Part shown: positions 49,372-61,061 of the stretch, piece after piece | Numbering within the stretch: the first letter of the stretch is position 1 | Layout of the letters: each line of letters starts with the position of its first letter | From: Dehalococcoidia bacterium | Lineage (GTDB): Bacteria > Chloroflexota > Dehalococcoidia > Plut-88900 | Length of the DNA stretch: 64,000 bases | Direction of reading: 5' to 3' | Assembly: GCA_965207225.1 (NCBI GenBank) | Contig: CBDBLV010000003.1 | Location: forward strand, 64,001-128,000 | Made by a program: the position numbers and the translations under genes | The notes under the pieces: model-generated | Told to the model about the DNA's origin: nothing | Seen by the model: only the letters and a program-made list of their open reading frames with translations | Databases searched by the model: none

Positions 49372-50059
49372 TATCGGAACACTCCTTTACCTTTATTGCT
49401 ATTAAGTATCTGTTAGTTTTTAGGTTTAGTTAGCCATTATAAGCTCATATGTTGAAGTCTTACTGATATGGCATATCGATAGTGCTAAGCCGAGCATTCT
49501 ACTGATGCAAGTTAGTCGTTGTCAAGTCCCGTGACCCCCCGGTTGGATGGATGCGGAACTATCTGCGGGCCGCCCTGCAGCCCGCGTGTCCGATCTAGTC
49601 TCCTTCCGGCAAAAAGTCAGACATACGATTGAGCGGAGGGGAGAGCGCCCAGACATGAGCGAACTACGTGTAGGACGATCCACCGGCCCGAACAAATCTC
49701 TTACAGGTCCTCGGGCCAAGCTCGTTGAATCAAGGCCCGAAATCGCCGCTACTCCTACCTCCGGTCGATCCTTGACTTCACTGGCCCTGCTCAGCAGGCA
49801 GCCCTGCTTCTTGCCCTGGCTCCCTTTCATATGGAACGTCAACGCATCGCTCGGACCCCGGGACATTTCCTCGGTTAATCGAGAGAGATGCTGACGTCTA
49901 TTGCAATAGTCTGTAGGGGGAGTTCGTCAAAGGGCCACCCTCAAATGGCAGCTCCCCACCCGATGGCCCTTTATTGATGTCATTGGGGTGTACAGGAATT
50001 CGATTGATGTCCCCCGTGGGGGAGAATGGGCCATTTCGTGGCTAAGACAGGTGAAAAAG

Positions 50060-50640
50060 AGGGACTGTCAGGGCGATGAAGCAAGTGGTGTTAGGTGCGG
50101 CTCGGTGCCACGGAAGTGGGACATGGCCGGCCACACGGACACCCGGCATTCATGCTTCGAAGTACCTAGGTGCGATTCCGGACCGGCAAGATATAAACGG
50201 CAGAAGAGTCAAAAGTCCTTCCGAAAGGCCCCCTGCAAGACGAGCTGAGAAGAAGGTCGGTAATGGGCGAAACGCTAGCAAGGAAGGGATGGATATTTGT
50301 CGGGCGAAAGGCAGAGCGCCAACAACGCGGGGTATGACCTCGGACTTAAGTGCGGTAGTGGTAAGGGCGTGAGATGTCAGTTCTTGGACGTATACCACAG
50401 GCCTTGGCCCAGGTGAATGATCCCAGACGGACCATTGACCATTTGGTCTTTGATGCCAAAAGGCTGTTGTGAGAATAGGAAGGCGCCGAAACCCGCGGCG
50501 AGGAGAAGGTTGGCAGTTTGCTTTGGGTGTCTCTAGAAACTCGCTGAGCCACTGCGTGAGGATATTCCGTTTCAGCGTAGGGTAGTCGAAGGCATTATCG
50601 CACTCGGGGAGGCAAATGCCCCCAAATCATAGCTGAAGAC
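50060..50640 (+). ncRNA. Candidate large structured ncRNA, ROOL-like
   Basis: No credible ORF. GNRA hairpins (CCAC-GGAA-GTGG, CC-GAAA-GG), GAAGCA/TGCTTC pairing (50078/50153) and a terminal AGTC-GAA-GGC...GCT-GAA-GACT helix. Family resemblance is from recollection only; 5' end approximate. Confidence 0.5.
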
Positions 50641-50662
50641 TGATCCCACTCCCTCCGCCACT
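50624..50662 (+). repeat. 39-bp direct repeat, copy 2
   Basis: AAATCATAGCTGAAGACTGATCCCACTCCCTCCGCCACT. Confidence 0.85.
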
Positions 50663-50788
50663 GTTCCCGTCTAAAGACCACTAATTGCCCGAACGCGGCT
50701 AACCTTGAACGACTGACACTGGAAACGCTTTGGCGATATTCCCGCTCCGGCAAGACAAGGTCAATCTTCTACATTACAATGGCGGGCT

Positions 50789-52372
50789 ATGGGGGAAGCC
50801 GCACAAAACGTCAAGTGGGGCAAGGTCATCGACCAGAACAGGTGCATCGGGTGTCATGCCTGTACAGTTGCCTGCAAGCAGGAGCACAGTGTCCCCCTGG
50901 GCGTGACGCGGACCTATGTGAAACAAGTGGAACTCGGGGTCTTCCCGAACCCTCAACGACAGTTCCAGGTAACCCGTTGCAACCAGTGCAATAACCCTCC
51001 CTGCGTCGCAGCATGTCCCACCACCGCCATGTACCGGCGCCCCGACGGCATAGTCGACTTTGATAGAGACAGGTGCATCGGGTGCAAGGCGTGCATAGCC
51101 GCTTGTCCCTACGACGCCATCTACATAGACCCGGAGAGCCACACCGCCGAGAAGTGTAACTTCTGTACAAATCGCATAGACATCGGCCTCGAACCGGCCT
51201 GCGTGGTAGTTTGCCCCACGCAGGCCATTTTAGTTGGGGACATGAACGATCCCGACAGCCAGGTGTCCCGACTACTGAATAGCCATGAGGTGAAGAGCAG
51301 GCGTCCAGAAAAAGGGACTGAGCCAAAGCTGTTCTATGTGGGAGCCAACGCGCGTACCCTCGATCCTCAGTCGGCTTCCAGTCCCCACCACACCTCCGTT
51401 GCCGATAGTCGGGTCCGGGCCCAGTCCCAGTCCAGCGTGCTATACGGCAGCATCACAGGTTCCGCACACAGAAAAAGCAGCGGCGACCCGGACCAAAGCG
51501 CAGCCGCAGCCATCCTGGTCTACGACCAGCCCCACCGGACTCCCTGGGACTGGAGGGTGTCTTCATATAGCTGGACCAAGTCGATCGCCGCGGGCGTCTT
51601 TACTATGACCGCCGTCCTGGGGCTGACGGGCGTGTCCCTCAGTCAAAGCTGGGAAGTCATAACTGCAGTCCTATCGGCGGTTTTCCTGGGGGTGACGGGA
51701 CTCCTTTTGATAGCAGACCTTGATCAACCGATGCGGTTCTACTATGTCCTGACCAAACCCCAGTGGAGGTCCTGGCTGGTGAGGGGTGCATACCTTATGT
51801 CTGCATTTGTCCTTGTGTTGCTGCTGTATTTCATATCCGCCCTATTGGAATGGCAAAGACTCATCGAGGCTCTGCGGTGGGTGGGAACTGTGGTCGCGGT
51901 TGCCGTAGCCGTTTACACTGCCTTCCTGCTAACGCGGTCTAGGGGTCGAGACCTCTGGCAAAACCCCCTTCTTGTACCAGCCTTTATCTCCCACGCCGTG
52001 GTGGCCGGTTCCGCAACGCTGCTGGTAGTCAGCAGTTTCGTGGAGCTGGAGTCGGCAGGCGTTACAGGGTTGCAGCTGTCCCTGCTTATCTCCCTGGCTG
52101 TTTTCCTGGGACTTGCGCTCGGTGAACTCCTCAACCTCCACCCCACCCCCCACGCATCCATTGCGGCCCGGAACATGTGGCGGGGCCGGTATCGTCTCTA
52201 CTACTGGGCCGGCGTATTCCTTGGGGGCATTATTCCCCTGGCCCTTATAGGCCTTGCGTTAGCGAACGCACCGGACTGGACCTACATTGCCGCATCCGCT
52301 TCGGCCCTGGCCGGGCTTCTGGCCTACGAGCACGCGTATATCCAGGCAGGGCAGTCGGTGCCTCAAAGCTGA
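50789..52372 (+). CDS. NrfC-like 4Fe-4S subunit fused to NrfD/PsrC-like membrane anchor
   Basis: CIGCHAC, CNQC-NPPC, CIGCKAC and KCNFC, followed by multiple TM helices with DLDQP-RF. Confidence 0.9.
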   Translation: MGEAAQNVKWGKVIDQNRCIGCHACTVACKQEHSVPLGVTRTYVKQVELGVFPNPQRQFQVTRCNQCNNPPCVAACPTTAMYRRPDGIVDFDRDRCIGCKACIAACPYDAIYIDPESHTAEKCNFCTNRIDIGLEPACVVVCPTQAILVGDMNDPDSQVSRLLNSHEVKSRRPEKGTEPKLFYVGANARTLDPQSASSPHHTSVADSRVRAQSQSSVLYGSITGSAHRKSSGDPDQSAAAAILVYDQPHRTPWDWRVSSYSWTKSIAAGVFTMTAVLGLTGVSLSQSWEVITAVLSAVFLGVTGLLLIADLDQPMRFYYVLTKPQWRSWLVRGAYLMSAFVLVLLLYFISALLEWQRLIEALRWVGTVVAVAVAVYTAFLLTRSRGRDLWQNPLLVPAFISHAVVAGSATLLVVSSFVELESAGVTGLQLSLLISLAVFLGLALGELLNLHPTPHASIAARNMWRGRYRLYYWAGVFLGGIIPLALIGLALANAPDWTYIAASASALAGLLAYEHAYIQAGQSVPQS

Positions 52373-52402
52373 GCCCGTTGAATGTGATGTGGGGCAAAGA
52401 GC

Positions 52403-55366
52403 ATGAGTGAGGCGAAAATGGAAAGAGCGCAGGTGGGAAGCGATGCGGACACCGATGGCTGTACACCGCGAAAAGATAATGGGCTGAGGTCCACCCCCAG
52501 GCTTGAGGACTGGGACGACTGGAAGGAGTATGACCCCAGGGAGTGGCCCCGCAGGGTGGAGCGACGTTACACCCTGGTCCCGACCGCATGCTTCAACTGC
52601 GAATCGGCCTGCGGCCTGCTCGCATACGTAGACAAGGACACCCACCGGATACGCAAACTGGAGGGGCACCCCCTTCATCCGGCCAGCCGGGGCCGGAACT
52701 GTGCCAAGGGAGCCGCCACCCTTAACCAGCTCACGAATCCCGACCGGATCCTCTATCCCTTAAGGAGAGTGGGCAAACGGGGAGAGGGAAAATGGCAAAG
52801 GGTGTCGTGGGAAGAGGCCCTCGAGGACATCGCCGGACGCGTCCGAAAGGCCATTATCGAGGAGCGACGCGACCAGGTGGTCTATCACGTCGGCAGGCCG
52901 GGTGAGGACCTGTATACCGAGCGGGTGCTGGCTGCCTGGGGGATCGATGGTCACAACTCTCATACCAATATCTGCTCGTCCGGCGCCCGACTTGGCTATG
53001 CAGCATGGATGGGAATGGACCGCCCCACGCCCGACCATGACAACGCGAAATTCATCTTGCTCATGAGCTCCCACTTGGAGGCAGGGCATTACTTCGTACC
53101 TCAGGCCCAGCGGATCGTGGAATCCCAGGCCTCTGGTACTAAGGTCGCTGTAGTCGACACCCGGCTGTCCAATACGGCCTCCAAGTCGGACTACTGGCTG
53201 GCCCCGAGACCTGGTACCGAAGCGGGTATGTTGCTGGCCATAGCCAACTATCTGCTCCAGGAAGACCTGTACAACCGCCCTTTCCTTGAGAAGTGGGTCA
53301 ACTGGCGAGACTTCATGAAGGACCAGACCTATCTCCGCTACCTCGTCGATCAGGAACTCCTGGGTCAGATACCCGAAGACTATTCCTTAGACAGCTTCAT
53401 CCAAGTGCTGAAGGACCTCTACGGCGGATACACCTTTGAATGGGCTGAGGCCGAAACAGGTGTATCTGCCAAACAGCTTCTTGAGGTTGCGGAGGAGGTG
53501 GCCCGGGCCGGGACCGCATTCGCCAGCCACATATGGAGAAATGCAGCTGCGGGGCACCTGGGCGGGTGGATGGTGCCCCGGACGCTCTTTTTCCTGAATG
53601 TGCTCACCGGGTCGGTCGGTACCCCAGGCGGCACCCTGCCCAATGCCTGGGCCAAGTTCGTGCCCCGGGCCTTCACCCAGCCGGCCCCCCTGAAGAACTG
53701 GAACGATGTCCACTTCCCCCCCGAATATCCCTTCGCCCACTTCGAGATGAGCTTCCTGTTGCCCCACCTCCTCAAGGAGCGAGACCGGTCCATAGATGTC
53801 TATTTCACCCGGGTCTACAACCCCGTTTGGACCAATCCCGACGGCTTCTCCTGGATCGATATGTTCCAGCACAGCAGCCGCATCGGGCTCCACGTGGCCC
53901 TCACGCCCGTGTGGAACGAGACAGCCCAGTATGCCGACTACGTCCTTCCCATGGGCCTCTCCCCCGAGCGACATGACCTCCACAGCTACGAAAGCCACGC
54001 ATGCCAGTGGATCGGGTTCCGGCAGCCCGTGGTCAGGGTAGCCAGGGAGAGAGACGGCGATCAGATAGACTTCACTCACCAGACGAACCCGGGAGAAGTG
54101 TGGGAGGAAAACGAGTTCTGGATAGAACTTTCCTGGAAGATAGACCCTGACGGCTCCCTGGGCATTCGGCAGCACTTCGAGTCGCCCTACAGGCAAGGCG
54201 AGAAGGTCTCGATAGGGGAGTATTACCGGTGGATTTTTGCAAACTCCGTGCCCGGGCTCCCCGAGACCGCAGAAAAAGAAGGTCTAACACCTCTCGAATA
54301 CATGAAGCGATACGGCGCATTCAAGGTAACCGACGACGTATACAGTCAACAGGAACGGCAGCTACCCCTAGAGGTTACGGGAAAGGCTGAGGTGGATGAA
54401 GAAACACGGCAGGTCTGGAGCTCGACTCCCCCGCCCCCGACCAACGTGCGTCCCTACCCCGGACCCTTCCGGGACAAGGATGGTCGGACCAGGGTCGGCA
54501 TACAGGTGGACGGCCAATGCGTCGAGGGCTTTCCTACTCCCTCGGGCAAGCTGGAGTTCTACTCGCCCACTTTTGCAGAGTGGGGCTGGCCCGAGTACGC
54601 CATTCCCATCTACCCCCGCAATCCTCAACAGCGGGAGAGCATGCCCCACATTACGAGCCAGGTGCATCACTCGATAATAGACACGTCCCGTAACGAGTAC
54701 GTACTCCTGCCCACTTTTCGGCTGCCCACCCTGATTCATACCCGCACCAACGGGGCCAAGTGGCTCCACGAGATTGCCCACATCAACCCCGTGTGGATTA
54801 ATCCCCGGGACGCCGCCCGGATCGGCGTAGTCACCGGCGACCTGGCAAGGGTCGAGACCGAAATAGGCCACTTCGTCGACCGCGTCTGGGTTACAGAGGC
54901 GATCCGTCCCGGCGTAGTCGCGTGTTCCCACCACCTGGGCCGGTGGCGGCTGCACAGGGACTCGGGGAGTGACAGGTGGAACTCGGCCCTGGTGACCATC
55001 GAAAAGCAAAACGACACGTGGTCCCTACGGCAAATCGAGGGCGCGACTCCCTTCAAAAGCGCTGACCCGGATTCGGAGCGGATCTGGTGGAGCGACGGCG
55101 GAGTGCACCAGAACCTGGTTTTTCCTGTCCAGCCCGACCCCATTAGCGGAGGCCACAGCTGGCACCAGAAGGTGAGGGTTGAGAAAGCAGGCCCCGACGA
55201 TGAGTACGGGGACATCTCGGTAGATCAAGACGCCGCATCCCGGGTGTACAAGAGCTGGCTGGAGCAGACCAGGCCCGCCCCGGGCCCCGGGGGCCTGCGA
55301 AGACCCCACTGGATGCTGCGCCCTTTGAAGCCCCACATCGACGCCTATAGATTCCAGAACTCGTAA
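52403..55366 (+). CDS. Molybdopterin-dependent oxidoreductase, catalytic subunit
   Basis: CFNCESAC...CAKG Fe-S motif, PDRILYPLRR, ADYVLP and a C-terminal WINPRDA domain; no TAT signal. Confidence 0.9.
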   Translation: MSEAKMERAQVGSDADTDGCTPRKDNGLRSTPRLEDWDDWKEYDPREWPRRVERRYTLVPTACFNCESACGLLAYVDKDTHRIRKLEGHPLHPASRGRNCAKGAATLNQLTNPDRILYPLRRVGKRGEGKWQRVSWEEALEDIAGRVRKAIIEERRDQVVYHVGRPGEDLYTERVLAAWGIDGHNSHTNICSSGARLGYAAWMGMDRPTPDHDNAKFILLMSSHLEAGHYFVPQAQRIVESQASGTKVAVVDTRLSNTASKSDYWLAPRPGTEAGMLLAIANYLLQEDLYNRPFLEKWVNWRDFMKDQTYLRYLVDQELLGQIPEDYSLDSFIQVLKDLYGGYTFEWAEAETGVSAKQLLEVAEEVARAGTAFASHIWRNAAAGHLGGWMVPRTLFFLNVLTGSVGTPGGTLPNAWAKFVPRAFTQPAPLKNWNDVHFPPEYPFAHFEMSFLLPHLLKERDRSIDVYFTRVYNPVWTNPDGFSWIDMFQHSSRIGLHVALTPVWNETAQYADYVLPMGLSPERHDLHSYESHACQWIGFRQPVVRVARERDGDQIDFTHQTNPGEVWEENEFWIELSWKIDPDGSLGIRQHFESPYRQGEKVSIGEYYRWIFANSVPGLPETAEKEGLTPLEYMKRYGAFKVTDDVYSQQERQLPLEVTGKAEVDEETRQVWSSTPPPPTNVRPYPGPFRDKDGRTRVGIQVDGQCVEGFPTPSGKLEFYSPTFAEWGWPEYAIPIYPRNPQQRESMPHITSQVHHSIIDTSRNEYVLLPTFRLPTLIHTRTNGAKWLHEIAHINPVWINPRDAARIGVVTGDLARVETEIGHFVDRVWVTEAIRPGVVACSHHLGRWRLHRDSGSDRWNSALVTIEKQNDTWSLRQIEGATPFKSADPDSERIWWSDGGVHQNLVFPVQPDPISGGHSWHQKVRVEKAGPDDEYGDISVDQDAASRVYKSWLEQTRPAPGPGGLRRPHWMLRPLKPHIDAYRFQNS

Positions 55367-55399
55367 TACAATGGCCCTGCGTCGGAAGGAGGGGATGGT

Positions 55400-56533
55400 T
55401 TGAGCATCAAGGCATTGATAATCGGGTTGGGGGACGTGGGGGGTTGGGCGCTGGAATTCCTGGCCCGGGCCCCGGGCGTCGAATCCATAGCCGTCGCCGA
55501 CATCCGCGCCGACTGGGGCGAATACCGCACCAACCTGGCAGCCATCGGCGCGGCCATGAACGGCCAGGACAAGTCCTTCGAGTTTCATCGAGTCGACCTT
55601 TCCGATGTATCACGGACGTCAGATGTGCTTATAAAGGCCAAGCCCGGCGTAGTCATCAACGTCTCGTCCCTGCTATCCCCCCGGTCTGTCACGGAGCAGT
55701 TGTCCAAGATCCAGGGAGAGGTCGGGGAGCGGGCCCGTGCCGCGCTAACCATCGGGGCGCAGCTCCCGTGGCATCTCGCCACCGCTTACAGTGTGATGAA
55801 AGCCAGGGAGGAGTCGGGGCTGGATATCCCGGTGGTTAACGTGTCCTTTGCCGACGTGGTGAACCCCATGTTGTGGGGTGCAGGGGTGGGGGCGGTGTGC
55901 GGGGCAGGGAACTGCGAACACCTTGCCTATGAGATACGCCGTGCGATAGCAGTGGAGCACGAGCGGCCACAAGATGCTGCGCAGGTGTTCCTCGTAAGCG
56001 GCGGCAGCGCCATGCTCCACGCCGGCCCGGGCAAGCTCCCCTACTTCCTGAAACTCACGGTCGACGGCCGGGACGTCACACCCAGCTACGATCCAAAGGC
56101 TCTGATAGAGTCCGCCATCGAGAGCCGGTTCTTCCGCGGCGAGGGCCAGGCCCCGCTATTCTCCACGCCTGCGGCATCGGCGGTTAAGAACGCTCTGGCC
56201 ATAGCCCAAGACACGCAAGAGTTGATGACGGTGAACTCCCCGCTGGGCCTGCCGGGAGACTACCCGTCGAGACTCGGGACCCGGGGCGCAGAACTCGTAC
56301 TCCCCGATGAGTTGAGTCGGGAGGAGGCGGAAGAGATCGGTCGGGCAGCATTGCCCGTATTCGGTTTCTCGGCGATAGAGGAGGATGGGACGGCCATATA
56401 CTCGGATGAGACCCGGGACCGCCTCAAAGACTTGTTGGGATACGACTGCCCAAGGATTCATCCCTCCGAAGCGTGGGTGCGGGCCCGGGAACTCATGCAA
56501 GCCTACCGGGGGTTCCTGGACCTAAACACGTAA
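55400..56533 (+). CDS. NAD(P)-binding Rossmann-fold protein
   Basis: IIGLGDVG and AVADI; GGAGG RBS. Confidence 0.75.
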   Translation: MSIKALIIGLGDVGGWALEFLARAPGVESIAVADIRADWGEYRTNLAAIGAAMNGQDKSFEFHRVDLSDVSRTSDVLIKAKPGVVINVSSLLSPRSVTEQLSKIQGEVGERARAALTIGAQLPWHLATAYSVMKAREESGLDIPVVNVSFADVVNPMLWGAGVGAVCGAGNCEHLAYEIRRAIAVEHERPQDAAQVFLVSGGSAMLHAGPGKLPYFLKLTVDGRDVTPSYDPKALIESAIESRFFRGEGQAPLFSTPAASAVKNALAIAQDTQELMTVNSPLGLPGDYPSRLGTRGAELVLPDELSREEAEEIGRAALPVFGFSAIEEDGTAIYSDETRDRLKDLLGYDCPRIHPSEAWVRARELMQAYRGFLDLNT

Positions 56534-57771
56534 TGGCTTCAACCCCAGGCATCTACGAACGGCTCAGGAAGATAGACCCCAGCTGGCTTGTGCTGGCCAC
56601 CGCGTTCGTGGTCATTTTCGTTAACAGCGGGTCTCGGATGGTGTTCGGCGTGACACTGAAGCCGATGCAGGAGGACCTGGGGTGGAACAGGGGACCGCTT
56701 TCCCTGGTGCAGACCACCTATATGGTGGTCTCCGCGTTTGCCATGCCTCTGGCGGGCCGACTCGCCGACAAGTACGGTTTTCGGCTGGTAATCGCATTCT
56801 TCGTGCTGGTCCTGGCCGCGGGCGCCGCGTTCACCGGCCTCATCCAGGCGCCGTGGCAGCTCTTCCTCCTATACGGCGTTGTGTTCGCGATCGGGAGCGG
56901 GGGCTCGAACCTGGGCGTGCTGATAGTGCTGGTAAGCCGCTGGTTCCCGAGAAATCCAGGCAAGGCCAACAGCACGGCAATAGCGGGCGGCGCCATAGGG
57001 CAGCTGGTAATCATCTCCATACTGTCGACGTTCCTACTCGACTCTGGGTGGCGCACTTCCTATGTGGTCGTGGGGCTGATAATTCCCGTACTCAGCGTGC
57101 CAATGCTGCTGGCCTTCGTCAGGCAACGACCGGCAATGGAGGTAGGCAAGGAGTCGACGCCCGCGGTTCGGCAGATGGAAGTGGGGAATACGTACAAGGG
57201 AGTCGTCACTTCCCGAAAGTTCCTCACCCTGATCTTCATGCTGTTGATTTGCGGTTTCCAGGACTTCCTGGTCAGCACGCATATCGTCGCCTTCGCCACC
57301 GACCAGGGAATCAGCCCCGTACTGGCGGGCAACCTGCTGGCGATAATGGGGGTGATGGGGATGATGGGGGTGTTGTTCTCCGGATATCTATCGGATGCCC
57401 TCGGGCCCGGGAAACCTGCAGGATTATGCTTCTGGATAAGAATAGGCATCTTCTCCCTGGTCGTGATATCGAATTCACAGCCGGCAGTCATTGCCTTCGG
57501 CCTGCTTTACGGGTTCACCTTCTTGATGACGGCCCCCCTGGCCCCGATCTACCTGACTCGGGCCTTCGGGACTCGCAACCTGGGGGCGCTCACCGGCACA
57601 GCCAACATGGTGCACCAGATCGGTGGTGGGTTGGGAGCTTACGTGGCAGGGCTGATGTTCGACACTTATGGCAACTACGACGCAACCTGGGTCTTGGCCC
57701 TGGGGCTCTCGGTGATCGCCGCTATTTCGGTGGTTGCCATCCGAGACCGGGATATGTTCTGTATGCACTAG
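56533..57771 (+). CDS. MFS transporter
   Basis: GRLADKYGFR and GYLSDALG motifs; about 12 TM helices. Confidence 0.9.
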   Translation: MASTPGIYERLRKIDPSWLVLATAFVVIFVNSGSRMVFGVTLKPMQEDLGWNRGPLSLVQTTYMVVSAFAMPLAGRLADKYGFRLVIAFFVLVLAAGAAFTGLIQAPWQLFLLYGVVFAIGSGGSNLGVLIVLVSRWFPRNPGKANSTAIAGGAIGQLVIISILSTFLLDSGWRTSYVVVGLIIPVLSVPMLLAFVRQRPAMEVGKESTPAVRQMEVGNTYKGVVTSRKFLTLIFMLLICGFQDFLVSTHIVAFATDQGISPVLAGNLLAIMGVMGMMGVLFSGYLSDALGPGKPAGLCFWIRIGIFSLVVISNSQPAVIAFGLLYGFTFLMTAPLAPIYLTRAFGTRNLGALTGTANMVHQIGGGLGAYVAGLMFDTYGNYDATWVLALGLSVIAAISVVAIRDRDMFCMH

Positions 57772-57875
57772 CCCCGGACGGCAAGCCGAAACAGGCGCAT
57801 CCGTCATGCTGCCGGGTTTATGGACAGGTCATAGGGGGTCGGCTATCATGTTGGCCGTTTGCCAAAGGAGCCGAC

Positions 57876-59039
<1,164 letters not shown>

Positions 59040-59050
59040 GGACTGAATAA

Positions 59051-59929
59051 ATGAGCATTCTCGTAAACGACGAAACACGCCTGCTGGTGCAGGGCATTAC
59101 CGGCAGGGACGGCAGCTTCCACGCCATGCGCTGCCGTGAATACGGCACTAACCTGGTGGCGGGTGTGACGCCCGGCAAGGGAGGAACGGACGTGGAGGGC
59201 GTGCCCGTGTACAACTCTGTGGAGAAGGCGGTGGCGGAGACGGGGGCCAATGTGGCCCTGATCTTCGTTCCGGCGCCCTTCGCCGCGGACGCAATCCTGG
59301 AGTCGGCGGATGCCGAAGTGCCGCTAATCATCGCCATCACTGAGGGCATCCCGGTCATGGACATGGTGAGCGTGGGGAAGTACCTGAAGGACAAGCCGGT
59401 GAAGCTAATCGGCCCGAACTGTCCGGGTGCGATTTCACCCGGGTCCCGGGCCAAGGTAGGCATCATGCCGGGCAACATTCACATGCCGGGCAGGGTGGGC
59501 ATCGTGTCCCGGAGCGGTACCCTGACCTACGAGGCCGTGGCCCAGCTGACCGAGCTGGGCATCGGGCAGTCCACGTGCGTTGGCATCGGCGGGGACCCGA
59601 TAATCGGGACCAACTTCGTAGAAATCCTGAAGCTCTTTCAAGAAGACGACGACACCGACGCCATAGTGATGATCGGGGAGATAGGCGGGTCTCGGGAGCA
59701 GGAAGCAGCAGCGTTCATCAAGGAGAACGTTACGAAACCCGTGGTGTCGTTCATTGGGGGCGCGACGGCGCCCCCGGGCCGACGGATGGGTCATGCGGGT
59801 GCGATAATCACGGGAGAAAGCGGCACCGCCAAGGCCAAGCAGCAGGCCCTTAGCGAAGCAGGTGCAGCCATCGCATACAGCCCCGCTGAGATCGGATCGA
59901 CGATGCAGAAGGTGCTAGGCACGGGCTAG
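59051..59929 (+). CDS. sucD: Succinyl-CoA synthetase alpha subunit
   Basis: [21 protein letters not shown] and RMGHAGA. Confidence 0.97.
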   Translation: MSILVNDETRLLVQGITGRDGSFHAMRCREYGTNLVAGVTPGKGGTDVEGVPVYNSVEKAVAETGANVALIFVPAPFAADAILESADAEVPLIIAITEGIPVMDMVSVGKYLKDKPVKLIGPNCPGAISPGSRAKVGIMPGNIHMPGRVGIVSRSGTLTYEAVAQLTELGIGQSTCVGIGGDPIIGTNFVEILKLFQEDDDTDAIVMIGEIGGSREQEAAAFIKENVTKPVVSFIGGATAPPGRRMGHAGAIITGESGTAKAKQQALSEAGAAIAYSPAEIGSTMQKVLGTG

Positions 59930-59959
59930 CTGGCGACTTCAGAATTGACTCGGCTGCTA

Positions 59960-59988
59960 TTGATAGGAGCCGGTCAATCTGCTATCTT
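59960..59988 (+). promoter_or_regulatory. Sigma70-like promoter of tRNA-Ala
   Basis: TTGATA-N17-TATCTT with TG extension. Confidence 0.55.
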
Positions 59989-60010
59989 CTGAATTCCTTA
60001 CGGACCGCAC

Positions 60011-60086
<76 letters not shown>

Positions 60087-60215
60087 CCCACCTTCCATCA
60101 TTACACCTGCACCTGAACGGCCTGCGCTCGCATTCTCCCAATGGTCGAATCAGTGTTGTCAATCAACGCTTCTGGAGCGAGTCACCCTTGGGGATAGGGC
60201 ATGCGCAAGTCGACT

Positions 60216-61061
60216 CTATGATTTGGCGTCCTTTTTCTCACTTGAGGTTGCCGATTCCGCAACGACCTTGACTCCTTCAATGGTCCCGGTAGCTGCCTTG
60301 CGCACGGCATCTCCGGCGGCATCGCTTACGTCGTATGCGGCTTCGATGGCGCCTGTTGCCACGGCGGAGGCGGTCTTCTCTGCATCGACTCCAACGGATC
60401 GTGCCGCGTTGATGGAGCCTCGAACGGCGGCCAGGGAGATCTGTGCCACGTCCTCACCCATAGCGGCCGCACTGCTGATGAGCTCGCGAGACGTGTCGCG
60501 GGCTGCGGTTGTGACATCGCCGCCCGTTGTCGCAACAGCCTTTACAACTCCGGCGATTGTCCCCTGAGATGCGACAGTCAGGGCCCCCCCGATTTCCTTG
60601 GTGCCGTCAATCGCGCCTCGGGTGACCTGGACGAGGGATTCCTCTGCGGCTATACCGACGGAGGCCCCGCCTCTAAGAGCGCCCTCAACTGCCTGTTGTG
60701 TGGCGACCCCGAGCTCTGCGCCCGCGTCACGTGAACCGCGGATGGCGCCGACCACCACGTCGTGGAGCATGGTTGTAGTCGCCGTGGCAACCTGGCCCGT
60801 TCCTTCAATCACACCTATGGCTGCATCCCTGATTACTGAGCCGGCACTCCCACCGATCTTCCCCGTGGCCTCCAGGACACCCAGCACTGCATCCTGTGCC
60901 AGGTGTCCGGCCTCGCCGCCGATGGTGCGCGCGCTTCTAAGGGCATTGACGGTATTCTCTCGGACCGCGTCGATGGCGAGTCCCGTGACTTCTCCGGTCC
61001 CTCGTACGGTGCTGGCTATCGAATCCCTGACCGTTGTTCCAATCCTGCCTAGTATTGCCAT
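60216..61061 (-). CDS. Ala/Gly/Thr-rich helical-repeat hypothetical protein
   Basis: GGAGG RBS before ATG 61061; repeated A--G-I-G-----G units. Confidence 0.75.
   Translation of the reverse strand: MAILGRIGTTVRDSIASTVRGTGEVTGLAIDAVRENTVNALRSARTIGGEAGHLAQDAVLGVLEATGKIGGSAGSVIRDAAIGVIEGTGQVATATTTMLHDVVVGAIRGSRDAGAELGVATQQAVEGALRGGASVGIAAEESLVQVTRGAIDGTKEIGGALTVASQGTIAGVVKAVATTGGDVTTAARDTSRELISSAAAMGEDVAQISLAAVRGSINAARSVGVDAEKTASAVATGAIEAAYDVSDAAGDAVRKAATGTIEGVKVVAESATSSEKKDAKS

Noticed and set aside
49410-49445. DtxR/Fur-type operator upstream of the ABC operon
   Set aside because: TTAG-rich but not palindromic enough; only a TATAAT-like -10 is evident.
50016-50660. tRNA-Ser split by a large T-loop intron
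   Set aside because: No matching 5' half (GGAGGGA acceptor, D-arm, anticodon arm) was found upstream in the window.
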